A DNA stretch of 61,389 nt, filler included, from Pirum gemmata (lineage: Eukaryota): the NCBI GenBank assembly GCA_002812295.1. It is 18 parts of 18 records of this genome, joined end to end, with 100 filler letters (N's around TTAATTAATTAA, not from the genome) between each part and the next. Parts side by side here need not be neighbours in the genome. Positions count along the whole stretch, not along the records: positions 1 to 3,164 come from PDIN01003350.1; positions 3,265 to 6,411 come from PDIN01003351.1; positions 6,512 to 10,541 come from PDIN01003352.1; 15 more parts are not named here. One strand, written 5' to 3'. The position numbers and the translations under genes were made by a program. Shown here piece by piece: positions 1-10,382 of this stretch (its first letter is position 1; each line of letters opens with the position of its first letter). Under the pieces are notes generated by a model, which was not told the DNA's origin, did no database searches, and saw only the letters and a list, made by a program, of their open reading frames with translations.

Positions 1-76
1 AATTAGTTGTTATTCTTGTTCTTGTTCTTGTTCTTGTTCTTGTTTTTGTTGTTGTTGTTGTTACTGTTGCTGCTGC

Positions 77-128
<52 letters not shown>

Positions 129-454
129 ACTGTTGTTGTTGTTGTTGTTGTAGTTGTTGTTGCTGTTGTTATAGTTGTGGAAGTAGTAGACGAAGTAGAA
201 GAAGTAGTAGTCGTACGTTGGTAGTAGTAGTGGTGTAGTAGTCAGTTGTGAGAACGGGAGTGGTAAGTACAGATATTATAATAATTGTTTAATAGTAGAA
301 GTAGTAGTCGTACGTTAGTAGCAGTAGCAGTAGGACTTTAGCAATAGTAGAGTGGTGGTGATGGGTGGTAAGTACAAATAGTAATAGAGTAATAGTAAGT
401 GTTAATAGCAGTAGCATGTGCTGATAGTATTCGTAAGTGCTAAAAATAATGGTA

Positions 455-682
455 GGGATGCGGGAAAAAACATCGAATCGAGACTAGTTCGAAACTTTCG
501 AATTTTTCGATCTAATTTTATTGACTCACTTTTGGATTTCATTATTAAAAAACTCTTAAAGATTCTTAGAAAATTTTAGAGAAAAACTTGAAACTCGAAA
601 AAAAAGAATATCATTTCAAAATTGTCATTATTTAAAAGTTAGGCTTGACCTGTTTGGCTCGATTATGTTTTCTGGCATCTCC
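455..682. mobile_element. MITE family E (TIR ~GGGA(GA)TGCGGGAAAA); related copies ~37413-37566 and ~50414-50665
   Basis: Shared core ATCGAATCGAGACTAGTTCGAA in three contigs; imperfect inverted termini GGGATGCGGGAAAA / TTTTCTGGCATCTCC. Confidence 0.7.
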
Positions 683-1000
683 TAGAAGTACTTATAATAA
701 TAGTATTAGAAGTAGTTGGGTGATGGGAGGTTTGGGGTGGGGATGGTAAGTACAAATAGTAATAGTAAGTTCTAATAATAATATTATATGGTGGTAATAA
801 TAGTAATTATAAGTGTTGGTAGTGGTAGTAAGTGCCAAAAATAATGGTAGTAAGTACTAATAATAATGGTGGTTAGGGTTAGGGTTAGGGTTAGGGTTAG
901 AAGTTGGGGTTAGTAGTATTGGTAATGATCAAAACAGATAATGATAAAACGACAATAGACAAGGTTGTAGAAAATAAGCTAACATACTAATAACTAAAAG

Positions 1001-1278
1001 GGGACTTTATCAGCTTTTATTGCTTTTGATCGAAATCAAGAACTTGCAAAGAAAATTAAAGGTATAATTTATTTACTAAGAAATTAGAAAACTAACAATA
1101 AATCAAGCTCAATAATAATAATAATAATTAGTAACTGTTTTATAAAATTCTAAAGACAATACTGATAATATTAATATAAATATGAGTCAAAGATGATTGA
1201 AACCTTAGTCTTTAAAAACATGTGATAGGCCTTCCTGATAGTTACATGTTTATTATTATTAGTAGTAGTAGTAGTAGC

Positions 1279-1316
<38 letters not shown>

Positions 1317-2418
1317 TAATGTATTACCAACGTCAACTATTTTCATAATGATAATCATTAACTTTTGTTGTTTTTTGTTGGTAATTACAGGTTGGTACCC
1401 TTATTTATGCTGGTGGGATCCTAACTTTAAGTGCGATAAACCAACAAACCCAATGGTACTAGCCGAATTTGGGATGTTTTCAATTGAATATGTTTATTAT
1501 TTAGTTAAAACCTACAACTCTAAATATGATATCAAAGTTTATTTTCTTGATTATTATAGCAACTTGCGTTTGTTCGTTGCTTTATTTATTACAGTTAATT
1601 CTGTATTGTTATATTGGCAATTTGCAGAGGTATCGCAAGTAAATGCACCCGCTTACTCTGGAGCTTCGAGTTTGTTTTATGTTTGGATTATATTGTTAGA
1701 TAGCTATTTGTGGGTGGTAATTCCCGTTTTAACCAGTGTGTTTAAAGTAAACGGCAAGATGAAGTCTGAACTTGATTTTAAAGGACGGTATTATTATGAT
1801 TTAAAGAATATCGGTAGTGTTGAGCAAATATTTAATGATGCACGGTTATCAAATTTGTTTTTAACTTACTCGCAAAAATGTTTATGCTCGGAAAATATTG
1901 AGTTTTTGATTGATGTTCGAAATTATCAGAAGCGCACTAATGAAAAGGGAAGTCGAAGTTCGACCAAAAGTTCGAACCGTCGTAGTGATTTATTGTTTCG
2001 TGGATTTATTATTTCAAGGTATATCCAACCCGATAGTGAACGGGAACTTAACATTAGTGACCAGTTAAGAACAGATTTATTGAAAGCACAAGCAGATATA
2101 CTGGGCGAGTCTTATAAATTTGTTAGGGATAATGATAATGATAATCACTTTTTTGCTTTTTTCCAAAACTCTGATATCGTTAATACTTTCAAAGTTGATC
2201 ATTTTATGGATTTATTAGGGCAGTGTGTTGATTATGTAAGTTTGCAGATTAGTCAAAATTTGTTAGATTCGTTTTTGCAATCTGAAGAATTCCTTCAATA
2301 CAAACAAAATAATGAAGAAAAAAAGAAACTTCATTATCTTTTAGTGAAGAATGGGCTAACCAAAGCATCAAAAGATTCAAAACCAAAAGTAGCATTACCT
2401 TGTTTAGATGATGTTTAG
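1001..2418 (+). CDS. Multi-pass membrane protein with C-terminal RGS domain (7TM-RGS-like), 5'-partial; exons 1001..1061 and 1391..2418
   Basis: RGS signature IFND..LSNLFLTYSQKCLCSENIEFLIDV..IISRYIQPDSERELNISD..NLLDSFLQSEEF, preceded by about 3 hydrophobic segments. AG/GT sites give a phase-1-compatible join (AAA G|GT TGG). The poly-Ile start of the computed ORF is intronic microsatellite. Confidence 0.85.
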
Positions 2419-2430
2419 CTTTACTATTAC

Positions 2431-2462
<32 letters not shown>

Positions 2463-3164
2463 GAGAATGAGCAGTCTTATTTATGATATTTTGTACGATT
2501 TTATTCTTAATTTTTTTAATTAAAATTGACACTTTTTTGCTATTTTATATACTTTTTAGGGTTTATATTATTATATTTTGGACATTTTTACTTTGTTTAT
2601 TAGGATAAAATCAGGGTTTTATGTTGTTAGTTTAGGTTAGATTTGTTTTATTATGTGAAGTTTTTAAGGATATTTGGGTCGTTTTTAACCTTTTCATGTA
2701 TAATTTGGTCGTTTTTACCCTTTTTTCGTGGTTTTAATAATAATAAAGGATTATAAATTAAAAAAATAAGAATATTTTAGTAGCTTTTTAACATAATTTG
2801 ATTCAAAATAAACTTTTGATAAATTTTATTATAATGTTACAATATAAATTTTATTCATAGTTAAATAATGATATTCTTATTTTTTGGTATTATATTCTTA
2901 ATTATATCATACCAAAATATATTATATCATACCAAATAATTAGACTAGTTACATTACGTTAGCTCATAAGAGCCTACATAAGAGCCTACTAGGCGTACCT
3001 AGCTAGAGCGTGGTTTTGAGCGTGTTGATATTTATTCTTTTTTGAGCGTTATAAACTTGTAGTTATTGGTTTTTACAGCGTTATAATTTTGTTACACATT
3101 TTTTTTTTTTTCTTTTCTTGAAAAAATAAAAAAATATATTCTGTTCAAAAATAAAAAAAATATA

Positions 3165-3264
3165 NNNNNNNNNNNNNNNNNNNNNNNNNNNNNNNNNNNN
3201 NNNNNNNNTTAATTAATTAANNNNNNNNNNNNNNNNNNNNNNNNNNNNNNNNNNNNNNNNNNNN
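3165..3264. other. Artificial contig linker (N44-TTAATTAATTAA-N44); first of 17
   Basis: The same 100-nt linker, with stops in all six frames, also starts at 6412, 10542, 13741, 16843, 20082, 23344, 26565, 30501, 33739, 37001, 41974, 45237, 48477, 51696, 54928 and 58161. Confidence 0.98.
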
Positions 3265-4151
3265 AAAAAAAAAAAAAAAAATTATTGATAAAAATTTAAT
3301 TACCTTCCACCAACCAATGCGCAGTAAATTATTTAGTAATGTTAGTCCACCAAAACAAAAAGTAAAGCTACTGAGTAGTTAGCTTAGCTACTACTACTAG
3401 CTAGCCTGCCCCCTCCTAGCTAGTAGTAGCTAGTAGTAGCTACTACTAGCTAGAGCCTGCCCTGACTAACCCTGACCAGTCCCTGACCCTATTCACCCTA
3501 ACCCTAACTAAATAAAAACAAGGTAATCGCACCCAGTCCCACCCGAAATACCTTCCAATCCCATCCGTAATAATAATAATTATTATTATTATTATATCTT
3601 TTGATGAGTTACCTTAACCAATCATAGTAATATAATTAAAGTGCAATTCCTGATTTGTTTAATTAAAGTCAGGAGAAAAGACTAATAAAAGTAGGATAAA
3701 AGTCAGGGATCAGTTACTTACTGCTTTTACGTTTACAAAAACAAATTTTTACGTGACTATATTATATTATTGTAAAAAGGCAAGAGACGCGAAGTACTTG
3801 AGAACAACGATATGTCTTTTTGATACAGATAGGGTTTGTCAAGATCAATGACAGTACTACGACAGTCCGTAGTAAAAAATTTAATAATATATCAATTCTA
3901 GGTTCCAGCGAGAGCAAAGTGATACAAATTATTGATAGTCCATGGGTTAGGCTTAGGGTTAGAGTTAGTTATGGTAAGGGTTAAGAGTTAGGGTAAGGGT
4001 TAGTGTTAGGGTTAGGGTTAGGGTTAGGGTTAGGGTTAGTTAAAAAATTCGATAAAAATAATGATATTATTAATAATATATTAATATGATAATAATAATA
4101 TATTAATTATATTAATCTATTTTTAAGAATGTAAAAAATACAATTAACGTC

Positions 4152-4252
4152 TATATATAGACACTTGTTCAGATAAATATTCAGTCCAGACTGAATATGG
4201 CCCTATTTTCTTTATTGGACTGAATATTTATCTGAAAAAGTGTCTATATATA
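4152..4252. mobile_element. ~100-bp hairpin/MITE-like element within a (TA)n tract
   Basis: Arms 4152..4188 and 4216..4252 are 36/37 reverse-complementary. Confidence 0.7.
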
Positions 4253-5567
4253 TATATGGTATATGCATATATTATAATATAAATATTATATAAATATATT
4301 ATAATGTAATGCTTGATAACTGAAACATTTGATATTAGGAGGTACTTGTTTGTGGTACAGTAATAATTTAAAAAAATGTTTAAATAACTTTTAAATTTGT
4401 ATTCATATGTATTATAATATTAATATGATCATGACATTGTGTACATGTTCGTTTTGTTTTCTGCTGTGTAATAGTAATTTGGTTATTATATTGTTTTTTA
4501 TTCTTGTTTAGTAAATCAATATTAATATCTATAATTATTATTATTATAATGCAATATTGTACGAAGAAATTATTTTTTAATTGATAATTGGTAAAGGTAG
4601 CTAGGGGTTAGGGTTAGGGTTAGGGTTAGGGTTAGGGTTAGGGTTAAGGTTAGGGTTAAGGTTAGGGTTAGTTACCAATTTATATCGTTTGTCTTGTTAC
4701 ATAATTCGGTACTTAGTCAAGGTACCATATTAATTAAGTGCACTTTTTGTTTTACTTATATAATATTATATTGTTATATTATTAATATTAATATATATTA
4801 TTAATATTGATAATATATATAATTATAGCTAATGTTTTGTATTATATTATTAATATTTTAGTTGAGTTTATAATTAGTTTTTCTATTCTGTTTTCGTCTG
4901 TTATAAGATGTAATATTATATATATTATAATATTCATACTTTATAATGATATCGATGGTAGGGTTAGGGTTAGGGTTAGGGTTAGATGTAATATTATATA
5001 TATATTATAATATATACTTTATAATAATATCGATGGTATATAAAATTTAAAAAGTATATTAATACATGGAATGGTATTATTTTCCGTTTAAATTTATTTA
5101 TTTTAAGTTATTAGTACTGTATTAGTGATATACTTCTTTTCCGTAATAAGGATGGTAATGGTATTATTAATATACTTATTTCCCGTCTAATTTCATTTAT
5201 TTTAATAAAAGTTATATATAGGTATAATATGATAGTATTAATACACGTATACAGTACCTAACCCTAACCCTTTTATTTTATTTTTGGCTCTGTATGTCTC
5301 TACTAGCTAGCTAGCTAGCTTGTAGGTCTAGCTAGCTAGGGTTAGGGTTAGGGTTAGGGGGTTAGGGTTAAGGTTAAGGTTAGGGGTAAGAGTAAACTGG
5401 GTAAGGTTAAGGTTAGGGTTAGGGGTATAAACTAAAAAGAGAGGTAGGGGTCTATAACAGCTCCTTTTTTTACATGAACACGCACCTATAAAGTTTGTAT
5501 GAGCTAATGTTATCACTTTGCTATAATACTATAATTATATGCATCTAGTAGAGAGCCAATTCAACTG

Positions 5568-5836
5568 ACCCTAACCCTCTAACCCTAACCCTAACCCTAA
5601 CCCTAACCCTAACCCTAACCCTAACCCTAACCCTAACCCTAATTAACCCCTAACCTTAATTAGCCCTAACCCTAACCCTAAACCTAACCGTAACCGTAAC
5701 CCTAAACCTAACCCTAACCCCTAACCCTAACCCTAATTTATAACCCTAACCATAACCCTAACCATAACCCTAACCCTAACCCTAACCCTAACACTAACAC
5801 TAACACTAACACTAACCCTAACCCTAACCCTAACCC
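5568..5836 (-). repeat. Interstitial telomeric-type array (CCCTAA)n, one of ~19 such arrays
   Basis: Others lie near 870, 3945, 4604, 4961, 5338, 5903, 11503, 13456, 14590-14790, 23711, 30005, 30252, 38837, 43481, 44615, 47152, 54244-54470 and 56155-56500. Confidence 0.95.
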
Positions 5837-6075
5837 TTTTATTTTATTTTTGGCTCTGTATGTCTCTACTAGCTAGCTAGCTAGCTTGTAGGTCTAGCTA
5901 GCTAGGGTTAGGGTTAGGGTTAGGGGGGTAGGGTTAAGGTTCAATGCCACCAACTAAATCTCATGCAACCACATCTGATGGCAGATTATACAAAAAAGCT
6001 AAACCAACTGCAACTATACTTACTCCATGGTCAAGGTCACTATCAAAAGGAGATAGCTGCTATCCTTCAAGTGCA

Positions 6076-6395
6076 TCAAGTACTAATGGTATGTGCCTTA
6101 ACAATATCAACACTATCAATAATAACTGCATCTACAGCTCTTCTATTAACCCAACGAAGCGTTGATCGATTTACTAACTCAAGTTCACCAAATCCATAAT
6201 CGTTGTTGTTAAGATTTGCTACCATATCTGAAACAATAGCACCTTTATTAAGTTTTTGTAAACCTTCAACATTTCCACCATTTCCACTTATTATATAAAC
6301 TGGCGCTTTTGGTTCGGTATAATTCTTTTGTGTTACTTTCCCATTTTTAATCGGGTATAACCTCTGATACCAGTGGACATGTCCTGATAAATACA
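6076..6395 (-). CDS. Purple acid phosphatase / metallophosphoesterase, terminal exon
   Basis: YLSGHVHWYQR (GHxH metal motif), APVYIISGNGGN.EG and DYGFGEL..N...L.W are typical of the PAP C-terminus; upstream exons lie beyond the contig end. Confidence 0.88.
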
Positions 6396-6511
6396 CTTTA
6401 ATAATAATATANNNNNNNNNNNNNNNNNNNNNNNNNNNNNNNNNNNNNNNNNNNNTTAATTAATTAANNNNNNNNNNNNNNNNNNNNNNNNNNNNNNNNN
6501 NNNNNNNNNNN

Positions 6512-7214
6512 TATTATTATTATTATTATTATAAATGTTATTGCGATTGTTGTTGTTATTATTGTGGTTGGTATTGTAATGACCAACGTAATTAAATTTC
6601 GTACAATCATAAGGATCATTGCTTCTTCGAAAGTCGCTATTATTGGTATGAATATTGTGATTCCTATGGTCGAAATATTCACTGCCTTTATCGTATCTAT
6701 CGTTTCCACCTCTGTAGCGTGGTTTAAAATTACTAAAGCTACTGTTGTCATTTATAGAATTATTTTTCTCGACACATCTGTCGCGGTAATTTAGGGTGTG
6801 TTCATTAAGCCCATAACGATCGTGAGCTGCAAATCGCTCTTTGTATCTCTTGGGAGGCTTATTATTGTTACAGTTCTTTATGTTGTCAGCATTGCTTTTG
6901 TTGCTGTTGTTGTCATAGTTATCATTGTATTCCCTGCTATTTATTCTATACGGGTGATTACTTCTGTTACGAATAGTTCTCTGATTGGAGTCGCCATGTC
7001 GGGGATACATTTGCTCACTAGTCCCCATTTCCCTTGTACTTCTACTATTACGTGAAGCAACCTCATAAACTCTGTTGTTACTTTTGTTTCCGTTATTGTC
7101 TATATAATCATTATGTCTTCTGCTACCTTTGTTGCCTTTATTGTCATTATCATTGTAGTGACTTCTTCTATAGCTCTTATTATTTGTATTATTAAAGTCC
7201 TCGTACTTATTCAT
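6512..7214 (-). CDS. Low-complexity Asn/Arg/Asp-rich ORF of unknown function, 3'-partial
   Basis: About 234 stop-free codons that are not a pure microsatellite; no recognisable domain. Confidence 0.35.
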
Positions 7215-7237
7215 GCTGATTTTTTATCGTATGTTCA

Positions 7238-7273
<36 letters not shown>

Positions 7274-7386
7274 GCCTTACATTAATATTTATAANNNNNN
7301 NNNNNNNNNNNNNNNNNNNNNNNNNNNNNNNNNNNNNNNNNNNNNNNNNNNNNNNNNNNNNNNNNNNNNNNNNNNNNNATATATAG

Positions 7387-8857
7387 TATGATGTGAATGT
7401 TTTTTTGAATGAATTGCCTTCTGATATTCAAAATGAGATTATAAACCGAGTAAAAGAGAAAAAACTTCAGTGTTGCCCAGAACCAGCTGAAAAAGAAACA
7501 ATTGTTGACCTACCACCCTTTTCTCAAGTATGATATAATACCTAATCCATATTCAGCGTAAACCTACTTTTCTTTAAACTATTTTTCATTTGAAGTCTCT
7601 TTATTTATCCTTCACTGATTGATACAATGCCTGTCAGTTTAATCTCCCCCCAACCCCACCCCCCAATACACGTACTCACACCGCGTTTTGTCTTCTTTTG
7701 TAATATGGACGATTTTAGGTAGATGATAACGCTTTCGATGCTTTACCATCATCACTGAAGAATGAATTGGTAGAAGCATACAAAGAAAAGGAGAAGTCAA
7801 AGCAACAGCTAGTTCCAAAAAATGAGGTTTGTTTTTTGTACATGCTATCTATAGGTCTCAATCATTTTTTTTATTTTTGGAAAATTTTATATAGTATTAT
7901 CTTCTATGAATTGCAATCAAGAAGCATTGTTTCTTCCGTATTTTCTTTCATGTTAACTGTAAAAAAGTAAGAATTAGGGCATATTACTCTTATCTGTTTG
8001 TTTTAGGTGTGTATTAATATAAGGCAATTATTTACTTTTATTTATTCTTTCTTTGATTCTTCAGACTTTCGAATCTGATGTCCAAGAACATGTAGAAAAT
8101 GAAGAACAAATCGAAATACTTCCTTTAGAAAGTAATGTTTTTAGTTATCTTGCATCGCTTGTTTTATTTCATCTTCACAATCACTCTCGGAATATATTTC
8201 GCATCATTTTATCTATCTTTTACTAAAATTCATATTGAATGTTTTTTTTATATGGTTATACTACAAACACATCTAAAACGACACAAATATCAGTATTCCA
8301 TTTTCAATACTTTCCGTTATAGTATTTCTTTATGTTTTGCCAGTTTTTTAGTTTTCCCTTTTAACCGTGTATATATGTGTCTGTAGGTATCCGGAGCATG
8401 TTGACAAGATGGATCTCCGATCGTGATCCGGAAGATGTTGAAGTAGATATATTTATGTCTTACTTGTATATGCTATTAGAAAACAAGTGAGTTTTTTTTA
8501 AAAAAAAAATTAAGATTTCACACAATCATATTTGAATAATTTAGTGTACACTTGTTATAAAACAGAAATGCCACTTCATTGATAATTTATGTTTCTGATA
8601 TTTTACAAGTTTTTAGAAGTCGTCTGATCAATTTCACTTCATTTCTTGGCAACTGCTAAAGAAAGCAGATACCACTTCATTGCTAATTTATGTTTTTGAT
8701 ATTTTACAGGTTTTTAGAAGACGTACGATCACTTTTGCTTCATTTTTTGGCAACTGCTAAAGAAAAGCCGCAGTGGGAAGCCATTTTTGAAACGATACTG
8801 AAAACCGTTCAAAACTGGATGCAAGAAAATTATAACGGTGCAAAACTAAAACTTTAA
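7387..8857 (+). CDS. REV1: Translesion polymerase REV1, 3' part; exons 7387..7527, 7719..7826, 8065..8131, 8387..8486, 8710..8857
   Basis: Manual splicing gives two UBM-like motifs (VFLNELPSDIQNEI; LPPFSQVDDNAFDALPSSLKNELVEAY) and a Rev1 C-terminal domain (IRSMLTRWISDRDPEDVEVDIFMSYLYMLLENKFLEDVRSLL..QWEAIFETILKTVQNWMQENYNGAKLKL*). All GT-AG phases are compatible. Confidence 0.88.
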
Positions 8858-9203
8858 TAGTTGGTTGAGCTTTGCAAGTTTTATTTTTCATAACTACTTG
8901 TAAAAATAGAAAAGCAGTGGACTATTATTATTTCGTTAAGCCTTGATAGCTGTATACTCTTTAACAGAATTGCGACTAATGAATATTGGTATGTTTTGTG
9001 CAATTAAATTTGTTTAAATTTGCTTTCAATTTTTTTCTTTCTGTTTTTTATATACAATAGTGCTTACTTGTATTGCTGTTTACAAAAGCCAGCAAATAAC
9101 AGCTTAAGGAAAATATGAAAAGCAGAATATACCTACAATAACTTCGACAACAACAATAAAAGAAAGAAAATACATTGTATTTCAAAAGTGTTTACTTTCA
9201 TTC

Positions 9204-10382
9204 CTATTCAACATCGCTTTCTTTCCGATTTATATTTTTATCAGAGACAAAAGGATTATTTTTAACAAATTCTTGCACACTAAATGCAGTTTTACTCGTC
9301 TTTCGCGAGTCTAATAAAATTTTCTTGATATATTCGAAGAGATCCCCGCCATCACCTAAATTTAAAGAAAGAAAAATGAAGATAAAATAAAATCCATTAG
9401 TTTTTTAAAAATATTGCTGCAGAATTTAATGGATTAGTTATTGTAACAACTTTGTCGCTTATAGTGCTATAACAAAAACAAAACCACAACCGCCACCATT
9501 ACCTATGAAATTCACTTAACGTTTAGACAAGGCTTTATACTAATTCCATCATTTAAATCAATATAAAAAGTTAAGATTATTACAAACACTGTATTGAAAC
9601 TCTTTAGTTACATTCCTCTTAAGAAATCCAAAAAACGAGATTTTTTTATTTGAGCCGAAGGTGATTGGTAATATTATTGTATATTGTAAAATAAAAAGGA
9701 TCACATGAATAATGACAATACCTAGAGAAAAATCTTCCACCATGTCTTTGTCCCAAGCCATTGGAGTAATGCCAGTATTTGGAGGATTATTTCTCAATTT
9801 ATCAATACTGTCATCTATAATTAAAGTATTTGACTTATTCCAGAAATGATTTTTGCTCCACAACACATCCAACTCTTTTAAAAACAATGGTTTGTGTGTA
9901 AGACCTTAAAAAAGAGTACAAAGAAAAGGGTTTTCAATACACAAACAATTTAATACAAAAAAACAAACGGTTATTAAAAAACCAATCAAAAGAGTAAACA
10001 CAGTCCACTGAAGTCAACATCAGCATTACAAGGATATGGAATAGCGATTAAAGATTTGTATAGCTTGTTTCAATTTCAATATTGACGAGGGTATTACTTA
10101 TAATAGTAATATCGTGTAACAAAGATAGTAACGGCAAAAAATAGTACGAGTAGTGATATTTCAACATTGGTGTCAACAAAAGTAATGTCATGTAACAATA
10201 ACAGTAATACCAAAAGAAGTATGGGCTGCGATGGCAATAAAAAATACTAAATACCTTCTTGTTTTACAGCTGTACACATCTCTTGAGAATATAAAATACT
10301 CAAGCAGTCTTTATATATAATTGGAAACCCTATTTCAGGATCATCTATGAGATTTAAAATGTTGTTTTTTCGGGCAGAAGAC
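9204..10382 (-). CDS. FCP1/NIF-like HAD-superfamily phosphatase, 5'-partial; exons 10382..10255, 9904..9722, 9355..9204
   Basis: Spliced product (W)SSARKNNI..KPLFLKELDVLW..NKSNTLIIDDSIDKLRNNPPNTGI..DFSLGDGGDLFEYI..VQEFVKNNPF, with compatible phases; convergent with REV1. Confidence 0.85.
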
